Shown in pieces: positions 10,401-20,707 of a stretch of DNA of 64,000 nt (within the stretch, counting starts at the first letter, position 1; each line of letters opens with the position of its first letter). The notes beneath the pieces were generated by a model. It ran no database searches. It was not told the DNA's origin and saw only the letters and a list, made by a program, of their open reading frames with translations. The translations under genes were made by a program, and so were the position numbers. Source of the stretch: Macrostomum lignano. Taxonomy: Eukaryota. The DNA lies in assembly GCA_002269645.1 (NCBI GenBank), contig NIVC01003517.1, forward strand, positions 62,001 through 126,000, in the 5' to 3' direction.

Positions 10401-13400
10401 GAGCATTTGAAACTTGTCAGGGTCCTCCACTTGAACTCTTTCGAACTTCCAGCTCAGCTTTAGAAGTTTTTCGAGATGCTTTATTCGAGTGTTGTCGGTG
10501 AATTTGGAGAACAATGGCAGGATAAACCTGGCATAAACCTCAAGCTCTGCCATCTCGTCGCATTGAAGCTTTTCGTACAGCATCGTGAGAGACCAGTTTG
10601 CCTTCAAGAAGATGACCCGGCTGGAGCTCTTCCACTCGTCCATCTCGTCGGCCACGAGCGATGCCGGCAAGATGCAGGCCTGTTCAGAGTTGAGAGCGCA
10701 GCAACGACCGTCAGAAGTGACAAACACCGGTAATTGACGCACTCTTGCAAGGAGGTTCTGCTCTCCCATTCTCTTACTTAGCTCTCCCCAGTTGCTCTGA
10801 ATGTACACCAAAAAGCTCACAGCTTGCTTCTCAGTGGTCGCAGATCTCTCAGCGTTCTCATTTAGAGCGAACTCCATCACTCTCAGCATGGACTCGGGCT
10901 GTCTGACGTTGCCACACAGACTGCCGACCAGCTTCAAGCCCATCCTGCTGAGCGAGGGAGCGTTGAGTTGCTGCAGAGACTCCTCGACTGCTTTGCTGCA
11001 GTCATCGAGACCGAATCTGATTGGCTCATAAATACAGGGCGCCAGTGAGAGGCTTGCAAAGCGAGACTGGCTGACAGGAATCAGGTGTGCGCTGCCCAGT
11101 CCTGAAGAGGATAACGTTTGCATTGGTGCATTCTTATTAGTGCATTTGTTGTCTAGAAACTCCCACACTCGATTCAACCATTGTTCGAGAAACTCGGCTT
11201 CAGTACTAAACTCCCAATTCGATACGTAGTCAGTACGAGACATGCAGACTGCGGCATGCTCTCTGTGCAAAAGAGTGCGAAAATCCATCAGCTGAAACTT
11301 TTTACACAACTGTCCCTGGCATAGATTGATTTTCTTCTTCAGATCGAGCTGAAGTGAAACTTTCTTGTGCACAAACTCGTGCTTTGCTTCGCTGTGTGAA
11401 AACAAGTCGTGGAATTGAGTGAGAAACAGAGGCGTCGATCCATTGCCAAACTCAGTGAGTCGGTTACCGGCACCTAAATTCAAGGGCACTCCGATGAGAT
11501 GCTGCACCTCGTCTTGTAGTTCATCAAGCAGATATGCGAGCAGGCTTACAACGGCTTCTGGGGTTTGAAATGATGTCGCGCTCACATCACTCGGCAACGA
11601 ATCTCGAAGTCGCTTGCACGCTGGACCCCTGAGAAATGCGCAAATGGACACAGCATCAGCCAAAGGGGTGAATTCCAGCTGGCTCGACTCAAGCGACTGA
11701 CGAAGGCCTATATAATCCGGGACCATGATGGGAAATCGCAGTTTACTCAAAACGTTCTGAAGATACTCGGTCAAATTGTTCGGAGTCAGGAATGCAGCAC
11801 TACCGCTGACATCACCTGAGCTCTGTGCTAGCGGCAACCACTTCAGCTGTTTTTCAAGTACAGAGTGCACAGGGAAGATTGCCCACCGAAATCGAAAGGC
11901 GTTTTGGAAGACAAGCTTTGCAAGCTGGCCCCACAGCGTCTGATTGCTGGCGTGGTACTCTGGAAGAAGGCTGTAGAAGTGGTGTACGCTCTGCACATTC
12001 GGATAAACTGCTTTTGCTGCTTCGAGTAGACTGCCGTAGCAGTCAGGTAGAAGCTGAGTGGCCAGCACTTGGTTCCATTGCTCCTTGACATCTACAGCTC
12101 CATCCGCCTTCCACAGAGATCTGCGCGATGGGTCCATAATGAAGTGACCATTCACGTGTACAGGAAGTGCAGTCGTCACAGGCAATGGCAGCAGACAGTA
12201 GACGTGACCTTCTATCTGACATGCTTTAGTTATGGAGATTTGAGCGGCGACTCCGGTCTTTGGCAGAAGACGCCACTTCCCGGAGGCCACTTGCTGCTGC
12301 AGCTGTGCGGGCATGTGGTCCAGTCGACCTCCGAGTTTTTGGAAAACGAGCCATCTTTGCTTGAAATTGGTGCCAGTCCCGCTTACCTTGAGTTCGTAGG
12401 TGATCGAGCTGATTGGAATGCGGCTTAACTGAGCTCCCCTGCTCCGCAGATGCTGACTGGCGGTTCCGCACGCCTCCTTGAAGTAATCGAAGCAACCTGA
12501 TACAGTTTCAACTTCCAACTTGGCTGCAAAAACTGTTGTGAACTTGTTGTCAGCTGATACTTCGGAGAGTTGCACTTCACGGATATTCAAGAGAAACAAG
12601 GCAGTTCGCCCAAGTTCATTCTTGAATTCGTCGAATAGATGCTTGATTTTATCAGCACTGATGGAGCGTTTGCATATTCTAGATTTTTTAGCTGAACTCA
12701 CCGTTCTCAATGGCAGTCGAAACACGGTTCCTCCCGTTTGCGGCAAGCTCTCAGGACAGTACCCCGCAAATACGTCACGAAAAGTATCTTTCATACGCTG
12801 CACGTTCTGGAACATACCTCCTGGAGAAGACAAAGTAGCACCAGGCATGTACCTGCAGTGCGGATCCATCACGCAGAAAATCTTTCCATCGGACAGAAAC
12901 GAGGGCGCATCCGTGATGTTGTACACACAATTGAACCCGATGCCGTACTGTCCAGCTTTCCATGCGTCGTCTCGCTTGGACCCGAGACCGAGCTTCTGGA
13001 TGCCTTCGATGTCCGCATCGGAGAATGTCGAGTCGTTGTAGACGAGTAGCGCGGGTCCCTGCAGCTCCTTCCAGCGGTCACTCAGCACTTTCTCGGTCCC
13101 GTGATGCCGACGATCGATGATGAAGCTGATCTTTGATGCCCCAGCATCATCTGCATTCTGAATGAGTTCCTTGAAAAGCTCGATTCCAAGCGGGTATCCG
13201 GAAATGATGTTCTGCAGTCTGGTTGTGAGGTCCTCGTGTTGGCCGAAAGGCAGAGGCTGCATCGCTTGAGCCAGCATGCTTTCTCTCTGGCTTGGAATTC
13301 CAAGCTTCTGGCACAGTCCGAAGGAGATGTTTTCGTGGCAGAAGAAGGTCTCATTTGGTAGTTGCACAGACTTCATCCAAGGCAGGTTGTTAAAGCACAG

Positions 13401-16400
13401 TTGTGTGCAGGGTCTCAGAATGCGGCTATGGTCAGGTGCGAGCAAGCTCTCAGTCGCCAAGGCTTCATCCTGACGGCCGATCTGATCGAGTATTTTAAGG
13501 CTCAAATCTAAATCGCCAAGCGTTAGTGGTGCCGAGGAGTAACGCTGAGAAATAAGTTCAAGCACACCTGCATAGTGCAATGCTGTGAACTTTTGATTGA
13601 CTCCAGCTGCCTTGAAGAAGCTGTCGCACTGGATGCCGCTTAGTTCGGAAGGCAAAACATGAAGAAATGGCTCGAATCCCGCATCAGATCTCGACAGACT
13701 TACTTGAGCAGACCTTATGAATCCTTTAGGGGACCAAATAATGTTCGGAGTCTGTTTCACCATGCTAAGGACGCTATTCGCATTGAGATAACCGGAAGAG
13801 ATTTGGGCACTGAGGTGTCGATAAACGCACCGACTCACTCGCAGAGTTTCTTCATTGCCAGCTCGGGTCAGAGCTACCAGCTGCTGCCAAGCCACCTCTT
13901 TGGCGACGTGCCTCCCGTTCAGAACTCCGATTTGAGCCAAAAGATCTTGTCTCCTTGATGAGGCAACATCACGTAGCACCGTTTCGTCCAAAATAAGCTG
14001 CGATGCGGATACAAGATCTTTGCAGCTGGCATCAAACAGCTGACAAGGCTGGAAAAGTTGCGTTTTTGGATACTGATCAGCTCGCCAGACAAGGCAACTG
14101 TCGTTAGCTTTCTTCAAGGCAGGTAGAAATGCTACGTTTCTCAGCTGACTAATCGGCTGGTTTGAAAACCGAGAACGGAACGAATCCAAGTACGAAAGCA
14201 GCAACACCGTGCGCTCGGTTCTCTGAGGCTCGGAAAGCGCAGCAACTGACTGGGCGCGACTCAGCAACTCGGCCCAACTGAGATCCGCGCGGAGCCCGAC
14301 TGAGCGGAGCGCTCTCAGCCGATCCGGTGTCTGCATGTCCTTGTGAGGAAACACGCTTACGTTCATTTCGAACAGCCTCGCAGCCTGACAGCTGGTGTCC
14401 AGAAGCTGCAGAGGCTGACACAGGGCGTTTCCAACGTTAGGAATGCAGCAGGACTGCTTTAACAAATTTAAAACGTTTTGAGTTACAATTCTAGAAGCGG
14501 AGCTCCAGTCTGCATTGCCTCCACCACTGATAACATCCAGCATGAATTTCAGCACTCTAAAGCAGTCCTCAGAATAGCCCGACTGCCACAAGCGAGACAT
14601 GTTCGGCACCAAATTAAGCAGCAGTGTCTCGCCCGACCATTGACGCTGCAGAATCTTGTTCGTCAGTCCCAGCTGCTCCACAGTTCGTCGAACTCCATCG
14701 GTCAACGATGCGACACCTTCGTGCTGACCCACGAGTCTCGTGGCGAGTCGACTCAAACAATCTGAAATCCCAGCCAGTGACAGGATGCTGGGATCCAGAA
14801 ACACTGTGTGTCCCAAACTCTTCCACCCAGCTGATGTGTGAAAGATTGGCGCCTGACCGTCAAGCATGGAAGCGTAGAACTTCTCAATAAGCGGCCTCCA
14901 CACAGACTGAGTAGCTCTGTCGAATCGAGGCCACAGCTCTTGCGAAATCTCTGCATTCACCAAAGACATTCCACTTAGAATCTTCAGAGCGTCAATGTAG
15001 GCAGGACAAATGACGTCAGTGAGCAGCACTCGGTTCCACTCGCCGAGACTCCACACGCCCTGCTTCTCGTCGACCGTGACCTCGTTGAGGTGTCGTCGGC
15101 TCGAGGTGACGGAGAAGCTCGCGTTCAGCATCACTGGAAATGGATTTTCGACAGGCAGCGGTAGGAAGCAGAACAGCAGCGAGGCCGGCTGTGTGTCACG
15201 TGACAGTGGCACGATCCTGTGAGACTGCTCGACGGGCAGCGCCACGGCTCCCACAGGCGCCAGTCCGAGACGACGCTGCTCCAACGCGACAGCGAGCGAC
15301 TGCCCAGTACCGACAGCAGCGCATACGAGCCACACTCTGGTGGAGGCGACTGTGCTGATCTGGAACTGGTCATGAGCTGAGTCTCCAAGCTGAACCTCCA
15401 CCTCGACAGTCGCTTGACAGCGATGTTCTTGATTTTGTCCTGGCCGTCCTTGAGTAGCAGATTCGATCAGAGCTTCGGCTACCTTGAGAATAGAGTTCTG
15501 AGCAGCGAACTCTTGATCCGCTTGTGACATTCCTGCTATTGGTAGCGGTGGCAGTGAAATGGCATGTCGCTGGAAATATTTGAGAGGGCTCTTGTGAACG
15601 CAGAACACGAGTTGAGTTTGATTTGAAGGATCGGTCGCATTGGACGGCAGGAACAGACACCGGAATGTTCGCACTGTCTGGGTGAACAGAAGCATAGTGT
15701 CGGCTTGCTCTGCAGCGAGTCTCAACAAGCCACGAATCTCCGAGTCAGAGTACACGCGATCGCAGATCTTCGACTTCGCTGCCTGAGCCTCAGTGCGTAG
15801 CGGAAGACGCAGCAGCGTGCCGGCGAAGTTTCCTTCATCTGCTTGCAGATTGCAGCCTGAGACTCCAGCGAACGGTGCAAACTGGTTGGCGTACCGATCC
15901 AGCAGACTCGGCTGTGCTTGAAAGTCGAGCTCAACTCCAGTGTCCCTGTCCCCGTGACTCGCGTACACCGTCTCCAAGTAGCCCTCGCCCCTGCGCTCAC
16001 CGTGCGGGTCGAGGATCAGCATTCGGTGCCGACTGAGGATCTGCGGCACGTCAGTCAGGTTGTACACCGAGTTGAAGCCCAGACCGAAGCGACCGACCTT
16101 GGCCGTCTTCTCCAGTTTGGTGGCTCCGCTCAGCTGCAGGATGTTGTCGAAGTCCTCGTCGCTGAAGGTGGCGTTGTTGAAGGCCCACAGCGCCCGTCCC
16201 TGACAGTCGGCCATCGCCGGGTCGAGCAGCGACTCGGAGCCGCGCCAGTCGGAGTTCTCGCGACAGTCGTAGAGCAGCGTGACCTCGGTGGCGCCCGCGT
16301 CGTCAGCGTTCTGCAGCAGCTCCTTGGGCACCGCCAGACCGTCAGAGTACTCGTCGAGCAGTCGTTTGAGTCGTCGGGTGAACGGCTCAGACTGGCCGCG

Positions 16401-16430
16401 CAAACGCAGGCCGTCGGAGGTCTGGGCCAT
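7482..16430 (-). CDS. SACS: Sacsin-like protein copy 1 (2982 aa): two HSP90-like sacsin repeats, degenerate J-like region, C-terminal HEPN
   Basis: Uninterrupted ORF. It has two GHKL-type repeats (ELLQNADDAGA...GRFGLGFNSVYNLTDVP; ELIQNADDAGA...GQYGIGFNCVYNITDAP), each followed by FCFLPLP / YCLLPLP..PVHVNGHF motifs, plus FGQHEDLTTRLQNI and HEPN (QATEKALKALL..SHQL..CRYP). The symbol means sacsin-like; orthology is not established. Confidence 0.93.
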   Translation of the reverse strand: MAQTSDGLRLRGQSEPFTRRLKRLLDEYSDGLAVPKELLQNADDAGATEVTLLYDCRENSDWRGSESLLDPAMADCQGRALWAFNNATFSDEDFDNILQLSGATKLEKTAKVGRFGLGFNSVYNLTDVPQILSRHRMLILDPHGERRGEGYLETVYASHGDRDTGVELDFQAQPSLLDRYANQFAPFAGVSGCNLQADEGNFAGTLLRLPLRTEAQAAKSKICDRVYSDSEIRGLLRLAAEQADTMLLFTQTVRTFRCLFLPSNATDPSNQTQLVFCVHKSPLKYFQRHAISLPPLPIAGMSQADQEFAAQNSILKVAEALIESATQGRPGQNQEHRCQATVEVEVQLGDSAHDQFQISTVASTRVWLVCAAVGTGQSLAVALEQRRLGLAPVGAVALPVEQSHRIVPLSRDTQPASLLFCFLPLPVENPFPVMLNASFSVTSSRRHLNEVTVDEKQGVWSLGEWNRVLLTDVICPAYIDALKILSGMSLVNAEISQELWPRFDRATQSVWRPLIEKFYASMLDGQAPIFHTSAGWKSLGHTVFLDPSILSLAGISDCLSRLATRLVGQHEGVASLTDGVRRTVEQLGLTNKILQRQWSGETLLLNLVPNMSRLWQSGYSEDCFRVLKFMLDVISGGGNADWSSASRIVTQNVLNLLKQSCCIPNVGNALCQPLQLLDTSCQAARLFEMNVSVFPHKDMQTPDRLRALRSVGLRADLSWAELLSRAQSVAALSEPQRTERTVLLLSYLDSFRSRFSNQPISQLRNVAFLPALKKANDSCLVWRADQYPKTQLFQPCQLFDASCKDLVSASQLILDETVLRDVASSRRQDLLAQIGVLNGRHVAKEVAWQQLVALTRAGNEETLRVSRCVYRHLSAQISSGYLNANSVLSMVKQTPNIIWSPKGFIRSAQVSLSRSDAGFEPFLHVLPSELSGIQCDSFFKAAGVNQKFTALHYAGVLELISQRYSSAPLTLGDLDLSLKILDQIGRQDEALATESLLAPDHSRILRPCTQLCFNNLPWMKSVQLPNETFFCHENISFGLCQKLGIPSQRESMLAQAMQPLPFGQHEDLTTRLQNIISGYPLGIELFKELIQNADDAGASKISFIIDRRHHGTEKVLSDRWKELQGPALLVYNDSTFSDADIEGIQKLGLGSKRDDAWKAGQYGIGFNCVYNITDAPSFLSDGKIFCVMDPHCRYMPGATLSSPGGMFQNVQRMKDTFRDVFAGYCPESLPQTGGTVFRLPLRTVSSAKKSRICKRSISADKIKHLFDEFKNELGRTALFLLNIREVQLSEVSADNKFTTVFAAKLEVETVSGCFDYFKEACGTASQHLRSRGAQLSRIPISSITYELKVSGTGTNFKQRWLVFQKLGGRLDHMPAQLQQQVASGKWRLLPKTGVAAQISITKACQIEGHVYCLLPLPVTTALPVHVNGHFIMDPSRRSLWKADGAVDVKEQWNQVLATQLLPDCYGSLLEAAKAVYPNVQSVHHFYSLLPEYHASNQTLWGQLAKLVFQNAFRFRWAIFPVHSVLEKQLKWLPLAQSSGDVSGSAAFLTPNNLTEYLQNVLSKLRFPIMVPDYIGLRQSLESSQLEFTPLADAVSICAFLRGPACKRLRDSLPSDVSATSFQTPEAVVSLLAYLLDELQDEVQHLIGVPLNLGAGNRLTEFGNGSTPLFLTQFHDLFSHSEAKHEFVHKKVSLQLDLKKKINLCQGQLCKKFQLMDFRTLLHREHAAVCMSRTDYVSNWEFSTEAEFLEQWLNRVWEFLDNKCTNKNAPMQTLSSSGLGSAHLIPVSQSRFASLSLAPCIYEPIRFGLDDCSKAVEESLQQLNAPSLSRMGLKLVGSLCGNVRQPESMLRVMEFALNENAERSATTEKQAVSFLVYIQSNWGELSKRMGEQNLLARVRQLPVFVTSDGRCCALNSEQACILPASLVADEMDEWKSSSRVIFLKANWSLTMLYEKLQCDEMAELEVYARFILPLFSKFTDNTRIKHLEKLLKLSWKFERVQVEDPDKFQMLSQSLSTAKLIPFDGQWRSVNTFYDSRVNIFQKLLQPQFFLPTPYNEERWRTLMKFSGLILECTATIAISFASELQTEGASGITDELSKKSEALLKFIDSYKFRKEITEHVVRQLAGIQFIVANSDGALQRLCQSERLRMASLSQCALFEARFLCWTAVPYGPSCVGQGSCFASSAMPVSDAIFLRHVVNLFSAATFTSADLRSEVAALRSHVMNSVYSRLSTIMLFTAFQSIKFLKDIPCVLTKTEGYTCKSFFISASRITHDKNSAILPYIYECPQEFSQFRKLFAKLGATKSATIEQLRLALELIRNEQQGSLRAEQLKSVSHCLSSIIVLLERGGRLQFQSDRVLFLPKRSQHQDSSTEAAFELVDCRCLTINDSEAHNNRLVDAQDVEFLDLSFCKLGTDKLQRLYFHLAADMGLKKLSDNVSERLLSDTNKLCSDGESCETLLGLQAKLSHPVLHLCIVSIMLHGNKDLSGKGDERLAAVKSLISHFSVVCLSELRTCLLLDGVEQQDSEQDKNFFLDGQRILMNHSTIPDEMSGDRRQLWQMDFIKIIMQILNNGVNILPEQKSYLIQVLLMDSPDSMLTVLRVLGIALHQTSEQQFTEPSATDDSVLGEPVPEFEQCLLKQLPDRPRDIVNQIVAYRNGDGGLFYARVVERHPGGSDNPWTSEFTIEISGGSKLRVSMSALFSFEERSFAQANQNNGEDVATTVDHLLSSAASLPTEQQRQIFQRILAHYSNSDESFNQVRTRAANHGWTRQFDQCIGGWREQTTRVTRYRQIRIAEEVVVTMRSRSYGGGGWSSGGGGGGCAFRYPGRSGSSRGGGSASFFCSSGGANFVRSSPDDAARYLKTARHDVRSASRLAEAGEYNWACYISWQATEKALKALLLRQGQPIERSHQLSQHLSCVSGSDLQSSLAGHVADLAGAMVDDCRYPSDRSRPRVPSEVFGAEQAARALQGAEGVERCVSSEFSE

Positions 16431-16521
16431 TCTGGAGGCCTGTGTGTAGGATTTTTAAGGGGCTTGAACTGTGATTGAAGTACATGAAAATGCATGACTT
16501 GCATGAGTTGCTTACATGGCA

Positions 16522-16922
16522 GACAGACTGACTGACTGACTGACTGACTGACTGACTGACTGACTGACTGACTGACTGACTGACTGACTGACTGACTGAC
16601 TGACTGACTGACTGACTGACTGACTGACTGACTGACTGACTGACTGACTGACTGACTGACTGACTGACTGACTGACTGACTGACTGACTGACTGACTGAC
16701 TGACTGACTGACTGACTGACTGACTGACTGACTGACTGACTGACTGACTGACTGACTGACTGACTGACTGACTGACTGACTGACTGACTGACTGACTGAC
16801 TGACTGACTGACTGACTGACTGACTGACTGACTGACTGACTGACTGACTGACTGACTGACTGACTGACTGACTGACTGACTGACTGACTGACTGACTGAC
16901 TGACTGACTGACTGACTGACTG
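16522..16922. repeat. (GACT)n microsatellite, about 100 units
   Basis: A perfect tetranucleotide run about 90 bp upstream of the copy 1 ATG. Confidence 0.99.
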
Positions 16923-16984
16923 ATGAGATATTGGGCGAGAAGGAAAGGAAGTAAAAGAAGACTACACAATCTCTCAAAGCAGAC

Positions 16985-17770
16985 TCTTAGTCTCTCACAC
17001 AGCACAGAAACCAGCGTGACTATCAACAGCAAACAGACACGCAGATATGTCCAAAAAGTTGATTAATTCTAGAAGCACAGCTTTATTTATTAGCAGAAAT
17101 CGTGAAATTTAGCTGAATAAATGTTCCTACCTTTTCAACTAAAGAACCTTAGAAAACACTTGATGGAATTATTTTCTTTCTCTGAAGAAGTTTCACGTCG
17201 AGGTACTTACTTACAGAATCGATTGCGAGATGCTAACGGCTTTAGTGCACTGTGTATAGAATTAAATACTTTTTGAGATGATATTTCCAAGAAATGCAGT
17301 GCACATCAAGACGTTTCAATGTACGCAAATTTCGTACAAAGTGTCTAGTCTAAAAATAGAGAATTATATATTATTACGCTCGCACCAACTCTGTACAAGC
17401 CCCAGCCCCTGCCAACAGTTCGAAGGGATCGAAAAATAGTCTTGATAAATGGGCCTACAGGCAGTGTGGTCGTGGGTCTGAATCTCTACATGAACGTGAA
17501 CGTGATCGAATGACATGTACATTGCTATGTACTCCCAAACCGAAAACTGTAGGCATATAAAATTCTCATCCTTTTTCTGGTGTTGTTCCGCTCACTCATG
17601 TCATTCCCCAGAACGGGGGTAGGGCTCAGGCACTATACATTTGCATGCATACTGTCGCTTCCTAACGAGATGCGCCATTTCCAGGAAATTCACTGTACAT
17701 TTACAATTTTGAATGCACAAGAATTTCTTGGAAATTTTAACCGAATTCACTGCAGAGCTTAGAAGAGGAG
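16985..17770. repeat. Unclassified dispersed repeat, homologous to ~44790-45320
   Basis: Shared blocks include CCAGCGT(G/A)ACTAT..CACGCAGA, GAAGTTTCACG..CGAG..GATTGCGAG, ATACTGTCGCTT(T)CCTAACGAGATG..ATTTCCAGGAAATTCAC and AGGGATCGAAAA. Confidence 0.7.
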
Positions 17771-18052
17771 CCGGGGGCCTCCTGAGCCTGTCTGTCCAAT
17801 TGCTAGTGAGACAAATAATTTTCTAGGAAATGAACTAGCACTTGAAGCTAAATTTAGCAGCAGGCTAAGAGGCTAAGAGAGAAGTCGGAGAGAGATGAGA
17901 GTGAGAGAGAGAGTTGACCGAGGCGAGAGCAAGGCTACATTTAAAAGTAATAAAAACTAGACCTCAGTTATCGATAGTGCAACTACTATACTGTACGAAC
18001 CGCTCAAAATACACACAACAAGCACAAAAATGCTCGTAAATCGGTCCAATGG

Positions 18053-18991
18053 TAGGGATTCCAAAATCCCGACAATTTACAATACCGGGATTGAGAAATC
18101 CTGAAATCCCGATGGTTTAAAATCCCGAGATCACTAATCCCGGAAAATCCCGACTGAGAGTAATCCCGGGACCCCGCTTCGAAGTTCAAAAAAAATCAAA
18201 TGTATTGAAACATCTGCATCCAGCTTCCACCACGACCACAAAGTAAGTAAAATAGTTAAAATTTTACTTATTAGATTTAAAGCATGAATTAATAAAAGAT
18301 TAAAGGATCAAAGTAAATCGAGCATGATTTATTGATCTATCTTTACAATATCCTTACAGAATCCTTACAGAATCCTTACAGAATCCTTACAGAAATACAA
18401 AATTTCTGTATCATTCGTCAATGACTCGTATTCTGTCGTGGCAGTTCAGAAATTTATCATTTCAGTTATCCTGATTGTTGGAAATGAGACCGAAGCATGC
18501 CCAGCTTTGTTGATAAGGTCTCATCACCGAGAACGAATCCGGGTCATCAAAATGGCAGCGCCAGAAAATGCCCGTTCTGCTTCAACACTAGTTGGTGCGA
18601 TGGACAAAAGGGCACAGTTTAGTGTCGTCAGCAGCTTGCCCAATTGGGCAGTAGATCGCATAAATTACACCTTACGAAAACGAAAAAAATTAAATTTCTG
18701 CTTAACAAACTGCTCTAACAAATTTTGCTGCTTTTTATGTGTGATTTCGATACAGACATGCAGGCTGCAGTTGTGTTATTTCATATTTTTTAAAGTTCAA
18801 TCTTTTTTTCAGATTTTACATGATTATTTTAGTTGAAAAAAAGAGAATTAAAATCAGTTTGAATCCCGAAACAATCCCAATCCCGCACTGTTGTAATCCC
18901 GAGGATCATAAATCCCGAAATTTCAAGTCCCATAAAATCCCGGGATCGAAATCCCGTGTTTTGAGGCTAAATCCCGAGATTGGAATGCCTA
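18053..18991. mobile_element. Non-autonomous hAT-like element
   Basis: TIRs TAGGGATTCCA / TGGAATGCCTA, an 8-bp TSD TCCAATGG (18045-18052, 18992-18999) and dense subterminal ATCCCG motifs. The homologous copy 2 flank (~41560) lacks it. Confidence 0.88.
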
Positions 18992-19218
18992 TCCAATGGG
19001 GGGAAACACACGCAAAAATAGTTAAATTATTAGAAAATGATACGGTTAATTTCCCGTAAATCTGACACTGCCTTCCTGTCCTCCACGCCTGTTACCCAGG
19101 GACTCCTTAAAAAGCACCACTGGACAAAAAGCTCCCTGTACGCATTTACACATAGCTTAGTGTGGCAGCCACTCCCAGTGACTGTGCGAATAACAAGTTG
19201 CATTTTATCTCTGAGAAG

Positions 19219-20707
19219 TAGGGAATACAAAATCCTGAGTTTTATCAATCCCGGGATTCTAGGGATCGGGACATCCCGGACTTTGCCAATCCCTGGATCC
19301 CGACAAATTGGGCCGGGATCATGGGATCCCGGAATTGAAAAAGTTTCTTATCTTTTTGTCAGAGCAATTTTGGTTTACGAAGCAATTAAACCTGATTTTT
19401 AAGGGCTTTTATTGGTGAATGTAGAACAGAATAAAATATTTAACAAACAAGAAACTGACAGTGAGTTCTGAATTGGAGTGTGATGTGCGGGCTGGCGTAT
19501 TAGGTGTGCTTTTTTACATGTCACTATCAGCTCAGGTCTCAGGAAAATCACGCTTGATTTTTATTCAACCTGGGGGAACGATGGCTTACGAGCAATGGCC
19601 AGAGGTAGTACTAATACCAGAGTAGAAGGGGATCAGACCTCACCCTCCCAGGGGCACCCGCCCAAGATGGAGAATCGGTAGCGTGGGTTATGGTCCGATA
19701 GCAAGGTCCCACTTTTCTAATCCCAACTACGATCAAGGAGTTTTCAAGGTAGGGACTGCTTAAAGTAGTTCTGCATTATTACACCTTAAATCTCCTTACG
19801 ACCTGCTAACAGCTTCTGTTTTGCATACCTGCAGCTCTAGCTAGCCTTCTTTCACTAGCCTGCATGATTAAAAGAAATAAAATATTCATAAATCAAAGCA
19901 GGACAACTGGGTTATGATTTTCACCTGACAAGTACCCCCATCGCCGTTGTCACCACTCGGATCAACCAGTGGGTGGCTTCTAAGCACAGGGAGAGGTGGG
20001 CTAACGCCCCCGACTGCCGGCAATCCCGCGCGGCTGTCCCCTGTCCCTCCTCCGCCCTACGCAGGGCCCTGCTTGGACTCAACCGCAGGGACATCAGGGC
20101 GGTTACCATGGCCCTCTCGGGTCATGGCTGCTTTGCCAGGCATCGTTACCTCCAGGAGAAAATCCGCAGTGAGGAATGCCCTTTCTGCCTCTCCGGTGTC
20201 GAGAATGCGGAGCACTTCATCTGTGAATGCCCCGCCTTTACTCAGGACAGGCTCACCTACCTCGGCCCAAACCCGGACCTCTCCGACGTTTTCAGGCCCG
20301 AGAATCTCTGCCAGCTCGTCCGCTACCTAAGGGCTACCGGGCGAGCGACAATCCACCTCCTGGACTCTCCGGAGGGGGACCGCGCTGCGGACGCCGGCGC
20401 CACCGGAACTCCCTGCGCGACACCGCAGCACTAGCTGCCCGTGGTCGCCAGGGGTTAGCGAAATGGGCGGCAACGCCTCCTCGCTGTTTCCGGACGCACG
20501 GAGCCCCCTGCAGCTAAGTCAAGTAAGTAAGTCAAGACCTCAGCTAAAGATAATACTACTGGAGATGTATTCAACTATTGCAAAGCGGAATGGGATCGGG
20601 ATCCCGATAGTCGATCCCGGAATTTTCGAATCACGGTCCCGGACAATTGTGATCCCGGGATTTGGCCCTAGTCCCGGGATTTCGTTATCCGGGGATCTCA
20701 TTCCCTA
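19219..20707. mobile_element. Second hAT-like non-autonomous element carrying a nested non-LTR fragment
   Basis: Ends TAGGGAAT / ATTCCCTA, an 8-bp TSD CTGAGAAG vs CTCAGAAG (one mismatch) and ATCCCG/CGGGAT subterminal repeats at both ends. Confidence 0.8.
19921..20532 (+). mobile_element. Heavily 5'-truncated non-LTR retrotransposon, related to but distinct from the 1973-3967 element
   Basis: The ORF reads [20 protein letters not shown]...LSGHGCF..H...[17 protein letters not shown], which aligns by eye with the C-terminus of the 1989-3875 ORF. It is followed by a (TAAG)n tail. No clear TSD was found. Confidence 0.85.

Noticed and set aside
7482-16430. Recent horizontal transfer from bacteria, suggested by the lack of introns and the prokaryote-like HEPN
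   Set aside because: Animal sacsins typically have one giant coding exon and this HEPN type. A phylogeny would be needed and nothing here requires transfer.
7644-16478. Numerous 60-190-aa antisense and off-frame ORFs repeated in each sacsin copy
   Set aside because: They are shadows of the duplicated GC-rich CDS; their recurrence follows from the duplication itself.
16130-17032. Long ORFs with (SQSV)n repeats
   Set aside because: They are translations of the (GACT)n microsatellite running into an alternative frame of sacsin.
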